From positions 7,968,001-8,032,000 of the forward strand of contig OZ244207.1 of NCBI GenBank assembly GCA_965216875.1: a DNA stretch of 64,000 nt, read 5' to 3'. Made by a program: the position numbers and the translations under genes. The notes below the pieces were generated by a model. It was not told the DNA's origin. It made no database searches and was given only the letters and a program-made list of their open reading frames with translations. The DNA comes from Rubripirellula sp. (GTDB taxonomy: Bacteria > Planctomycetota > Planctomycetia > Pirellulales > Pirellulaceae). Positions 21,954-31,309 of the stretch are shown in pieces; position 1 is the stretch's first letter; the number at the start of each line of letters is the position of its first letter.

Positions 21954-22346
21954 CTATTTCGATTCTTTGTTTTCTTTGAGCATTCGACGAAGCGCTTTTT
22001 GTTCTTCGTCGGTAAGCTTGCGCATGCCAATCAAGCCGGTTAGCATGGGCAACAAGGCACCGTCGCACAGTGAGTGCGAAAGGTCTCGCAAGCGGTGTTC
22101 GATCAGCGATTGGCGGTCGATCGCCGCGCTGAACCGGTGAGTACGCTCGCTGCGATCTCGAAGAACGCAGCCGCGTTTCTCCAAACGTTCAAGCAGCTTT
22201 TGCACCGTGTAGTAATGCGATGCTTCACCCCCAGGGTAAAGCTCGTCACAAACTTCACGCGTCGTCGCTTGCTCGTTTTCCCAAAGCACCTGCAACACGG
22301 AGAGTTCCGTGTCGGTGACGTGGAATGTCTTCTCTTTGCCGGACAT
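21954..22346 (-). CDS. BlaI/MecI/CopY family repressor
   Basis: ELSVLQVLWE, TVQKLLERLEKRG; ATG at 22346 preceded by GGAGAG; directly upstream of the M56 gene. Confidence 0.92.
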   Translation of the reverse strand: MSGKEKTFHVTDTELSVLQVLWENEQATTREVCDELYPGGEASHYYTVQKLLERLEKRGCVLRDRSERTHRFSAAIDRQSLIEHRLRDLSHSLCDGALLPMLTGLIGMRKLTDEEQKALRRMLKENKESK

Positions 22347-22363
22347 GGTCTCTCCGATCTCGT

Positions 22364-22417
22364 TCAAAGACGGGTTGTCTTTGAGTCAATTAGAGACACT
22401 GTCCACTTCAAAGTCAA
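22364..22417 (-). promoter_or_regulatory. Sigma70-type promoter with candidate BlaI operator palindromes
   Basis: Minus strand TTGACT-N17-TCTAAT (22417-22389); inverted repeat TCAAAGAC-N5-GTCTTTGA 22364-22384; GACACTGTC 22395-22403 in the spacer. Confidence 0.65.
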
Positions 22418-22547
22418 GTTGTCTTTTTGCGAGAAGGGCGACGCTCACGTGGAGCTGGCTGAGCATCGTGGTGATTGGCTTGAGCCCGTATCGCCCGCTG
22501 ACAAATCGCACTACGATGGATTGACTTCGCTTGGGAGAGGGGCGGGA

Positions 22548-23135
22548 ATGCGATTCGGAATACAAAGCGGTTTTCTGCTCACAACAGCATGTGCACTGCT
22601 TTTCGTTTTCATCAAAACACCGTGGCTCGCTGTCTTGACGATGGTGTTTCTTTTGCCAGCAGGCGTGGTTGCGATTGGATTGACCGCGCCTCAGAAGGGC
22701 ACAAAGCTTGACGTTGCCACCTATCGTCCGTTCGTGCAGATGTTTCGGTTGTGGGTCATGCTGGTCGTTGGGCTCGCCCTTTGTGCAACCTTTCTTTTGC
22801 TCTTTCCCGATGCGCATCGGCGGATCAAACGTTGGCGGGTGGGCGATTTGAGGTCGCACCAAATCGGGGCGTACGTGACGTTGCCGGTTGGCCAGAAGCT
22901 GCCGAGCGAGCATTCGCTGATGCAGATTAGGGATCGAAAAGGCTTGGTTGGTGAAACGCGGTACTGGCGCCGTGACTATTCAGCCAACGCCGGCACTTAC
23001 CTGATGGTCATCAGTACCGATCGGCGCGAGTACACGTCAGGCACGTGGTATGACGTCCGCGCCGACGTGCAAGACGGCACCACTTTGTTATTCAGAGAGC
23101 TCGAGTCGTCAAACGAGCAGCGGCCGATTCGTTGA
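22548..23135 (+). CDS. Hypothetical membrane protein
   Basis: ATG 22548 after GGGAGAGG; three hydrophobic segments followed by a soluble domain. Confidence 0.65.
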   Translation: MRFGIQSGFLLTTACALLFVFIKTPWLAVLTMVFLLPAGVVAIGLTAPQKGTKLDVATYRPFVQMFRLWVMLVVGLALCATFLLLFPDAHRRIKRWRVGDLRSHQIGAYVTLPVGQKLPSEHSLMQIRDRKGLVGETRYWRRDYSANAGTYLMVISTDRREYTSGTWYDVRADVQDGTTLLFRELESSNEQRPIR

Positions 23136-23160
23136 GTCCTGATATGGCCGCCACCGCTTT

Positions 23161-26100
23161 CTAGGGCATTGCAATCTCAACCGCCAAAGGTTCGACCCAA
23201 ACCTTTTGTTCGGCGGTGTAGTACAGATAGGTGCGTGAAGCGGGGCCGGTGTACTTGCCTGGAATCTCGGCCGTCACCGTGAACTCGATCTCTTTCGATT
23301 CACGCGGCGCGATCGTTCTCCAGTAGAAGACCACTTCACGCCCGCGCAGTTCGTAGTAGTCAAACTCACCAGCTTCCTTCAACTCATCAAGTTCATCCTG
23401 GCGAGGTTCCAAGCCGCCGGGCAGCCCAACGATGGCGACCGTCATGGGTTGGCCCTGGTCGGTTTTGTTTTCCAACACGGTTGACACGGTCATGGTGTCG
23501 CCGGCTGCGACATTGGCATCGGCATTCAGGTTCGTCGTTAACTCGAAGGGACATCCGTCGTCACTTCGTGGGGTGATCGCGTGGTAAGACAGGTCGATAC
23601 TGTAGGAAAGATTGCGTGCGTTTTTGGCGACCAATTCGATCGTGGCACCAGGTTCGGCGTCTTGCAGGTGTTGGCCGAGACCGACAATCTCGACGGTCGA
23701 GCCACTCTCAGGACGCGTTGGCAATTCGGCTTGCCCAATCACTTCGCCGTGCAGGAGCACTTGCAGCTTTCCGCCACCACCGGAATTGCCTGAGTGTTCC
23801 GCGATGGCAACGAGTGCCTTGAGCGCGAGTACTGTTGCTTGGGTGGAGCCAAAGCCTGCGTTGCCACGACGATTGGTCGTGATCCACTTGGCAGCAGCGC
23901 GAGCGTTGTCGATGTATTTTGGGCTCTTGATGAAAGCCAAAGTCGCCAGTGCGGTCGTTTCGACTTTGAGGGAGACGCCGCCGCTCGAGGTGACCGTTGT
24001 CTTGCCTTGCAGCAGCCCGTCTTCCCCTTGGGCTTGGGCAAGTTTCTGGAGCAACGCTTCGCCTTCGGTGGTTCGTTTGACGTTCATCAACGTTGCCGCA
24101 GAGAGTGCGATCAAGTAGGGATCGTCCGACTTGTTTGCCACCGAATGCATGTGATCGATTTCAGTAGCCAATTCGCTTGCGGCTCGTTGCGAATGTCCGG
24201 TGGCCACATCGGCCTCGCTGATTGCCCACAAAACGTAGGCGTTGACGATTTCCTGTTTGACCGACCAAACATGCAGGTGGCGTGGGTTGCGATGGAATCC
24301 GCCCTTGCCGTCGCGGCGACCCATCAACCACTTTCGCGTGCGAACCATCATGACATCGTTGACTTCCATGATGGCGGCCATGTCAGTGAACTGCATCAAT
24401 CCGAACGCCGACAGTGCCTCATGCCCCGGATCCTTTCCGAACCACTCGTAGCCACGTTTCTCACATTCGAAGCTGGTCAGTTTCGTGTAGCCTCGATCGA
24501 GCATGCCGCGAGCACGTCGTGAGACGTCGGGATTGGCGATGTCGTTCTTCTGCATGTACTGCAGAGCCATCGTGTTAGGGTAATTCGTCGCCGAAGTTTG
24601 CTCGAAGCATCCATGCGGCTCACGAAGGATGCTTTCGACGCCCGACATCACATCAGCGAGGGGCGACGGATAGGCTCGCAGGGTAACGGCAAGCGAACCA
24701 TCGACGATGTCATTGGGGACCGGCAACTGGACCGTTGCCCTGCGAGTGAGCACACCAGCAAGTGATTCGGATGCGGGATAGCCAGCGGGCGAGATATGAA
24801 CCTTGCGACGCACGGTGTCACGCAGGCTTGTTCCGGCGACGCCACCGATTTCGATTTCGGCGTCGATTTCAGCGCTGCCTTCGACAACGTCGATCGCGAC
24901 GTGATGTCGAGTGCGCTGGTTCCCGCCAAGGCTGAGCATCTGCGTGTCTTGATCGGCTACCTTTAATTCGTCACTCGCTTTGACTGCGAGTTCGATTCCA
25001 ACGTCGCTATCGGTTGCATTGATAACGGCAACGGGTAAATCGATACGGTCCCCAGTGGTAACTTCCAGTGGCAGCTTCGGTTCGATCTGGAAGGGTAGAC
25101 GCGATGTGACCATGCCACCGCCGGAACCGAGGCGTCCGTCAAGGGAGTGCCCGTCGACATGCACGCGAAACGTGGTGACAGAATCGGAAAGGTCGAACCG
25201 GATACTCGCTTCACCTTGTGAATCGGTCTTGACCAGCGGCTGCCAATAAAGCGTTTCCGCAAAGTCTTCGCGTACTTCATCCGACCGCTTTGGGTGTTGA
25301 TGGGCGTACTGGCGAACGGGGAATTGCAATTCACTCATCAATTGATCGGCAAGCGTCTTGGCGTCGATGCCCCGAGCATTCAAGAGTTGTTCAAGTTGCT
25401 CAGGCGAAATCAATCGACTGACGTCCGCACGGTCGCCCTTTGAGATCGCGTGGTACTTTGCGTAGCGGGCGTTGTCGGAATCGTCGTTTTCGCCGGTGGA
25501 TCGGTTTGCCAAATTGGATCGATTCGCGAAGCCGGGACCCGTTTGCGCGACGACGGCCGAATCGGCGGGGGCTTCCTCAGGTGCCTCGATGACAGGATCG
25601 TCGGTTGCAGCATCGGCGACGGCTCCCGCGGCGGGCGCGTCGGCCATTGGGGCCGGCGGCGGGGTCGCGGAAGGTTCCGTGCGTCGGTTGCGAGACTCCA
25701 CTTTTGCAGAGAACTCTTCAGTTTCCATGGCCGCATCGGCGCGTTCGTCGACTTGCTGGCTGGCTGGCATGATGACGGAGTTTTCCGATGCGCTGCACCC
25801 GACCAGTAGCCACGAAACGGACGTGACCAGAAGTAAGGCGGCAACGCTTGAATGGGCGGCAGACCGCAATCGAACGACGACCGCGCCAAGCCAAATCAAC
25901 AGCACGGCGAGCATCAAAAAGCGTGCTTGAACCAGCAGGTGCTCCCACGCTCCCGCGAGGGCGACGCGGTACTGATGGAACTGTTGATCAAAGGTCCCAC
26001 GATTGTCGAACGACGGTGGCACCGCTGCGATTTCCTCGCCATCCAGTTCCAGCAGTCGAATCAATTGTTGGCGGAAATCGACATCGGCTTCGCTCGCCGT

Positions 26101-28455
26101 GCCGCTGACGAATCGACGCCAACCTTGCGTTCCAAGCAGCAAGTCGAGTGATTCTTCGGCGCCCTCTTCGTCGCTCAAGTAAAAGTTGGCGTGTTCCAAA
26201 TCTTCTGGCGACTGAACTTCGCTGGTCAGCATAAAATGGGTCTGCATCGATGGTCGTTCGTCTTCTTCAAGACTGAGCGCGGCATCGTCGACGACCGCGA
26301 TGCCCAGGATCGCCGGTGCTGGCTTGCCCTCTTCGTCAGTCACTTTCAACTTCAGTCGCAACGGTTCGCCGGGTGAACGTTCGTGGTCTGCTTCCGTACC
26401 GACAAGTGACACATTCAATTGCTGGTCGTTGCGACGGAAAACGAGTCGTTCGACAAGTGGTTGATGCGAATCGCCATCGATCACCGTGACGCGGATCACG
26501 CCACTGATGCCATTGCGAATGGGCAAAGTCAATTTGTTGTCGCCAAGGAGTAGCTGCTTTTGAAGCTCACCAACCAGCTGGCCGCGACAAACCGCACGAA
26601 CGATCGCGGTTCGCTTCGAGTTCGAACGCAGGACAAGCGAGAGTTGTTTGTTCGCTCCGAACACGCCAGTGCCTGTGTCCATGACGGGCAAGTCCTTGAC
26701 GACCGCAGGAAGTTTGGGTGTGTTGGTGACGTCGACCGGTTGCAAGACCTTTAAGGTGTATCGTTCGCCCATGGAAGGAACAAATTCGAAGCGTCCCATT
26801 CCGTCACGTACGGTCTGGATCGTGGCGACACTTTGGCCCGAGCGTGATTGGATTTCGCCTTGCACATGGATCGGCTCGCCGAGCGAGTCGCGAGCAGAAA
26901 AGTAAACTCGATTGAGCAGGCCTTCGACCAAGTATCCACCCTCGGGGTAAAACTCGACCTCGACGCGTCCGAGCTGGATCGGAATCGTTTTCGATTGTGT
27001 CTCTTGAGTGGCTCCATCGTCGACGGTGATCGAGAGGCGGCCGGTGCCGTCACGAACGAATTCGGGAAGGTTGAACGTCGCAACGAGTGTCCCATCGGCA
27101 GCCGTCGTTGTCGCTTGTTCATGAATCACATCGCCATCGACTACGGCGGTGACCTGTGCTGAGACGTTCGCCAGCGGACCACCGGTTGCAAGCTCGGCTT
27201 TGAATTCGGCTTCGACCGTTTCGCCGGGACCATAACTGCGACGTCGAAACTCGATTTCTTTCTTGAACTGAGGAACGCGGTAAGCTCGCACTTGGACTTC
27301 ACGTTCTTCATCAGGGAAGAAGCCGTCAAGGCTTTTCGCGACCAGCTTGTACGTTCCGCCAGCAGCCGTCGTCGGGAGTGTGAACGCACCGTTGCCAACG
27401 CCTGATTCGGTGACACCTTCGGTGTACATGCCAGCGACGGCAGCGCCACTTGGATCAAAGAGCTCAAAGCGAATCGGAACTTCGAAACCTGCTTGCAACG
27501 TGCGACGCTGCAACGTGAGCGAGCGGAAAAAGATCGTTTCGCCGGGTCGGTACACGGGACGATCGATCGATAGGTGCGTGATGCAACGTGTTGGCTCGAG
27601 AGGGATTTCGAGTGTCGATCGACTGACTTGGCCGCCGGCAGAGGTGGCGGTCACGACCAAACTTGAACCTTCGGGGATCAACAATGAATCGGGAAGGACG
27701 ACGCGCCCCGAACCATCACTGTTGGTTTCGGCAGTGCCCGAAAAGAGCACATTCCTTTGACACAGCACCGAGAACGAGAGCGACGCGGGCACAACCGGGA
27801 AACCTTGGACGGCCCCTGCATCCATGCGTGATGTCGTGAAGCGAAACTCGTTGCTCGATGCAGCTTCATGCGCTGTGGCTGGTTCGGCTTGAACTCGCAG
27901 CGCCGCCACGGGCTGTTCGGGGGCACGCTCGGTGTAGTTCCAAGCGATGATTGCGAAACCGATCGAAGCGGCCGTTGCGGCGATCACGGTCGAACGCCGG
28001 ATCCACTCACGCGTACTCAAACGAGTCACCGGTTTCGCTGGTGGTGCTGGCGTTTCCGATGGTTGGGTTGGCTTCGCTGGTGGTTCCTCGACCAAGTCGG
28101 CTAGCACGGGAGGCTCGTCGTCGGCTTTGCTGTCTGTTTTGTCGGCCGTGTTCAGATCGCCGAGTCGATTGGCGGGAACGGTCGCAAACGTTGGGTCCGA
28201 GGTGTCCACATGGGAGCGGCCATTGGAACTTGGTTGTGCGTCGACCAACGCACGAACGTCAAAGTCAGGCGTTTGCGGTGATTGCGCTTTCGCGGCGTTT
28301 GCAATCTTGCCGGCTAGCCGCAATGTTTCGGCCCACAGGGCCGCCACGTCGGGTTCGGTCTCGATTCGGCTACGAAGCTCGTTTGCTTCTTGCTCGTCCA
28401 GCAAGTCGTAGTGAAGTTCGAGGAGTTCTTGTTGCAGTTGTTCTTTGGAGTTCAT
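23161..28455 (-). CDS. Alpha-2-macroglobulin (thioester protein) with N-terminal anti-sigma-like domain and TM segments
   Basis: DRPVYRPGE (MG2), FYPEGG, LLLGTQGWRRF, VREDFAETLYW, PHGCFEQTS thioester motif, STQAT, PASRTYLYY. Confidence 0.9.
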   Translation of the reverse strand: MNSKEQLQQELLELHYDLLDEQEANELRSRIETEPDVAALWAETLRLAGKIANAAKAQSPQTPDFDVRALVDAQPSSNGRSHVDTSDPTFATVPANRLGDLNTADKTDSKADDEPPVLADLVEEPPAKPTQPSETPAPPAKPVTRLSTREWIRRSTVIAATAASIGFAIIAWNYTERAPEQPVAALRVQAEPATAHEAASSNEFRFTTSRMDAGAVQGFPVVPASLSFSVLCQRNVLFSGTAETNSDGSGRVVLPDSLLIPEGSSLVVTATSAGGQVSRSTLEIPLEPTRCITHLSIDRPVYRPGETIFFRSLTLQRRTLQAGFEVPIRFELFDPSGAAVAGMYTEGVTESGVGNGAFTLPTTAAGGTYKLVAKSLDGFFPDEEREVQVRAYRVPQFKKEIEFRRRSYGPGETVEAEFKAELATGGPLANVSAQVTAVVDGDVIHEQATTTAADGTLVATFNLPEFVRDGTGRLSITVDDGATQETQSKTIPIQLGRVEVEFYPEGGYLVEGLLNRVYFSARDSLGEPIHVQGEIQSRSGQSVATIQTVRDGMGRFEFVPSMGERYTLKVLQPVDVTNTPKLPAVVKDLPVMDTGTGVFGANKQLSLVLRSNSKRTAIVRAVCRGQLVGELQKQLLLGDNKLTLPIRNGISGVIRVTVIDGDSHQPLVERLVFRRNDQQLNVSLVGTEADHERSPGEPLRLKLKVTDEEGKPAPAILGIAVVDDAALSLEEDERPSMQTHFMLTSEVQSPEDLEHANFYLSDEEGAEESLDLLLGTQGWRRFVSGTASEADVDFRQQLIRLLELDGEEIAAVPPSFDNRGTFDQQFHQYRVALAGAWEHLLVQARFLMLAVLLIWLGAVVVRLRSAAHSSVAALLLVTSVSWLLVGCSASENSVIMPASQQVDERADAAMETEEFSAKVESRNRRTEPSATPPPAPMADAPAAGAVADAATDDPVIEAPEEAPADSAVVAQTGPGFANRSNLANRSTGENDDSDNARYAKYHAISKGDRADVSRLISPEQLEQLLNARGIDAKTLADQLMSELQFPVRQYAHQHPKRSDEVREDFAETLYWQPLVKTDSQGEASIRFDLSDSVTTFRVHVDGHSLDGRLGSGGGMVTSRLPFQIEPKLPLEVTTGDRIDLPVAVINATDSDVGIELAVKASDELKVADQDTQMLSLGGNQRTRHHVAIDVVEGSAEIDAEIEIGGVAGTSLRDTVRRKVHISPAGYPASESLAGVLTRRATVQLPVPNDIVDGSLAVTLRAYPSPLADVMSGVESILREPHGCFEQTSATNYPNTMALQYMQKNDIANPDVSRRARGMLDRGYTKLTSFECEKRGYEWFGKDPGHEALSAFGLMQFTDMAAIMEVNDVMMVRTRKWLMGRRDGKGGFHRNPRHLHVWSVKQEIVNAYVLWAISEADVATGHSQRAASELATEIDHMHSVANKSDDPYLIALSAATLMNVKRTTEGEALLQKLAQAQGEDGLLQGKTTVTSSGGVSLKVETTALATLAFIKSPKYIDNARAAAKWITTNRRGNAGFGSTQATVLALKALVAIAEHSGNSGGGGKLQVLLHGEVIGQAELPTRPESGSTVEIVGLGQHLQDAEPGATIELVAKNARNLSYSIDLSYHAITPRSDDGCPFELTTNLNADANVAAGDTMTVSTVLENKTDQGQPMTVAIVGLPGGLEPRQDELDELKEAGEFDYYELRGREVVFYWRTIAPRESKEIEFTVTAEIPGKYTGPASRTYLYYTAEQKVWVEPLAVEIAMP

Positions 28456-28994
28456 GATTGACCTCCCACTGATTCACGAAGCTGTCGAATGGCAGCACGC
28501 ATTCGGGTCTTGACGGTGCCCAGCGGCAGGGAAGTTGCTTCGGCGATTTGTTCGTAGGTGAGCGAGCCGTTTTGGCGGAGCAAGAAGACTTCTTGCTCTT
28601 CCGGACGCAGGTTCAGCACCGCGTGCTGCAGCGTCTGCAATTGCTCGTCTCGCATCAGGCCCGCGTCGGGCCCATCGGCGGTCGATACCATTTGCACATC
28701 CTCGACAATCGACTGCCGCCGCCGATTCCAAGCGGTCTTGCGACAGTCACGGCCAGTGTTAAGAGCGACGCGAAACACCCATGCCTTGAGGTTGGTGACT
28801 TCCGAGATTTGATCTTGGCGTCGCCAACACTTCAGGAAGGTTTCTTGCAGCGCGTCGCGTGCGTCTTCCATGTTGCCGACCAGGTAAAACAGCGTCCCCA
28901 AGATTTCTCCGTGCGCATCCGCAAACAGCGTCTCGAGCCGTTGGCCAGAGTCCGCCGTCTCGTGCGATTCGGACGTCGGGGGCGTGGTTTTCAT
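28452..28994 (-). CDS. ECF RNA polymerase sigma factor
   Basis: DARDALQETF region 2, AWVFRVALN, LTYEQIAEATSLPLGTVKTRM region 4; ATGA overlap with the A2M gene. Confidence 0.93.
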   Translation of the reverse strand: MKTTPPTSESHETADSGQRLETLFADAHGEILGTLFYLVGNMEDARDALQETFLKCWRRQDQISEVTNLKAWVFRVALNTGRDCRKTAWNRRRQSIVEDVQMVSTADGPDAGLMRDEQLQTLQHAVLNLRPEEQEVFLLRQNGSLTYEQIAEATSLPLGTVKTRMRAAIRQLRESVGGQS

Positions 28995-29008
28995 GGTTCT
29001 GCAGGTAT

Positions 29009-29053
29009 GACGACAAGGCCGCCGCCACGGATTTCATTTTCTGCCAGAAATCC
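29009..29053 (-). promoter_or_regulatory. Candidate autoregulatory ECF-type promoter
   Basis: Minus strand TGAAAT-N18-CGTC ending 14 nt before the sigma ATG; overlapped by inverted repeat GGATTTC...GAAATCC (29029-29053). Confidence 0.4.
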
Positions 29054-29121
29054 AGCGTGCCGCTCATTCTAGCCCCGTTAGGGACAGGGCATGCTGGCGA
29101 TCCGATCCGCGAACGCTGACC

Positions 29122-29272
29122 GTGAGTCGAACGCGTTAGCGTCGGGCTTTTGTTCCGTAGCTACGCTCGCCAGAGCGTGGTTTAAGTGGGATGCGGACAA
29201 CCAATGCGGACCACCTTCTGGCGAAGGTAGCTACCAGCAGGCAAGGTCCCGAACGCAGCACGTTCGGCTCAA
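29122..29272. repeat. Nested REP doublets (outer GTGAG pair, inner GTAGCTAC pair)
   Basis: A+ 29122-29147, B+ 29157-29180, B- 29211-29234, A- ~29248-29272. Confidence 0.8.
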
Positions 29273-31116
29273 AGCTGTTCGATGCGTTTGAGCGATTCGG
29301 GCGGGATGAGCCCGTACGTGTGAATGTCGTCGAAATGGACTTTGGCGCCGGGGACGACCAGCTGAACGAATCCATTGGCTGCTTCAGGATTGGCGCGCAC
29401 ACTGCCGATTAATTCGCCGTTGAAGAAGGCAAACCAATACTCACCTTGTAACTCGGCTCGCACAAATTGATAACGTGGCACGTCCTCGCCGTCGTCGGCC
29501 GGGCTGATGACCAGTTCCTCTTTGACGTCGAGTTTGCCTTTCAACCCTTCACGCGAACCCAAGAAGACTCTGTCTTTCTCGACACGGACAGCGAAGCGAT
29601 CCGCTTCATCGAAGTCTTTGTTGGTGAATCCAAAATGAATCTCAGCAGCCTCGGCCGATTGCAGGTCGACGCCGACATTGATGCCGACCGCATCAGGAAG
29701 TCCTTCATAGAGTGTGCTTGGACGAGGGATCGATTTTGCCCATGACCCACGCGTTCCTTGCAAGATCGTTCCCCCTTCGGCATCTTGCCCGCGGCTCCAC
29801 AACCCAGATTGAGAGAGCAGGTCGACTTGTTGGCCATTGAACAAGGGGACTTGCCAGCCGCTGACAAGCATCGTCGGCTGCGGCGGTGACATGAGGAAAA
29901 AGGCAAGCCACGCGATGCCAGCGAGGACCGCGGTGATCGCGATCAAGCGAACGAAGATGGGCGGCTTTGAGCCGGGTTTGGGTGAGGGTGTGGATGCCGG
30001 TGTGTCGCGAGTGATCGATGGATGCGAGTCATGCAGTTTGATCGGCGCTAGCGATCGGTTTTGCGAGTCGGTGAGACCGTCGATGCGTTCGATCAGCGTT
30101 TGATAGTCACCGATGCGATCGTCGGGATCGGTTTCCATCATGTCGTCGATCAACGCGCGAACACTGTCGGGCAAATCGGCAGGCAATCGATCCGCGTCGT
30201 ACTTCTTGCCAGTCAACTTGGCGGCGATCAATTTCGACACCCTTGATTCGGCAAGCGGCGGTTTGCCGGTAAGCATGTTGACCAGGGTTGCGCCCAACGC
30301 ATAAATGTCGGCGCGATGATCGGTCGGGTCCCCCGAAAGCTGTTCGGGGGCGCAGTACATTGGCGTTCCGAGTGCCGCACCACTCATTGTTAATCGGGTT
30401 GCGTCTTCGTTGTCCGCATGGGGGCTTAGTCGAGCAAGGCCGAAGTCGGCGATCTTGACCAGTGGTACGCCTGGCGGAAGGTCATATCCAGTGGGGACTG
30501 CCGTCAGGATCAGATTGCCTGGCTTGATGTCTCGATGAACGATCTGTTGAGACAGTGCGTGTGAGAGTCCCGACGCGGTTTGTCGCACAATCGAAAGTGC
30601 CGTTGGCAAATCCATCGCGCCATCACTGTCAAGTTTCTCGCGCAGGTCCGTCCCTTCGACGAGTTCCATCACCAAGTAGAGCCGGCGATTGTGAGAGCCC
30701 GAATCAAACGCGCTGACAATGTTTGGATGTTGCAACCTTCCGATCGCCGCCCCTTCTTGTTGGAATCGGGCGGCAACGTTTTGTTCGACAAGACGATTCT
30801 GCAGGATCGCCTTGATGGCGACGTCACGTTTGAGATGCGGCTGGTGTGCTCGATAAACAACTCCTAGGCCGCCGTAGCCAAGCACATCGACAAGCTCAAA
30901 CCCGGGAGCAAGATCGGTCGGCGCCGCAAAGGCTTCCGCAATCTCGACGTCGATTGGACGAAGCATCCCCGTTTCAAGTGCAACCTGGGACGCTGTTTTG
31001 GCGCGATCGACCGATTCACGCCGCAGCGTTTCAGCCTGGTCGGCTGAGAGCAGACTTCGCGCATGCGCTGCGGTGATGAACGCATCCGATTTTTCGGTAT
31101 CAAAATCAGAACTCAT
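29269..31116 (-). CDS. Membrane Ser/Thr protein kinase with C-terminal DUF1080-like domain
   Basis: GYGGLG, VAIK, HRDIKPGN, DFG, GTPMYCAPEQ; TM; VPLFNG. Confidence 0.9.
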   Translation of the reverse strand: MSSDFDTEKSDAFITAAHARSLLSADQAETLRRESVDRAKTASQVALETGMLRPIDVEIAEAFAAPTDLAPGFELVDVLGYGGLGVVYRAHQPHLKRDVAIKAILQNRLVEQNVAARFQQEGAAIGRLQHPNIVSAFDSGSHNRRLYLVMELVEGTDLREKLDSDGAMDLPTALSIVRQTASGLSHALSQQIVHRDIKPGNLILTAVPTGYDLPPGVPLVKIADFGLARLSPHADNEDATRLTMSGAALGTPMYCAPEQLSGDPTDHRADIYALGATLVNMLTGKPPLAESRVSKLIAAKLTGKKYDADRLPADLPDSVRALIDDMMETDPDDRIGDYQTLIERIDGLTDSQNRSLAPIKLHDSHPSITRDTPASTPSPKPGSKPPIFVRLIAITAVLAGIAWLAFFLMSPPQPTMLVSGWQVPLFNGQQVDLLSQSGLWSRGQDAEGGTILQGTRGSWAKSIPRPSTLYEGLPDAVGINVGVDLQSAEAAEIHFGFTNKDFDEADRFAVRVEKDRVFLGSREGLKGKLDVKEELVISPADDGEDVPRYQFVRAELQGEYWFAFFNGELIGSVRANPEAANGFVQLVVPGAKVHFDDIHTYGLIPPESLKRIEQL

Positions 31117-31309
31117 GATGCGCAGTGAAGGTCCCGGCGAGCCGTTTCGAGACAGCGAGCATCCCGGTCGCGAAGGAATTCGAGACGGGTGCCAGCGTCC
31201 ATTTTGGATGAAAGGGGCTGCCACCAGGATACTACGCCGATGGCCGTTACGCCCACCGCCCAGAACGGATCTGGGCAGAAACCGTAACGGCTGATATTCA
31301 AAGCCGTGG

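Noticed and set aside
22074..22547. N-terminal extension of the 353-aa ORF
   Set aside because: Antisense to blaI and its promoter; ATG 22548 has an RBS-like sequence
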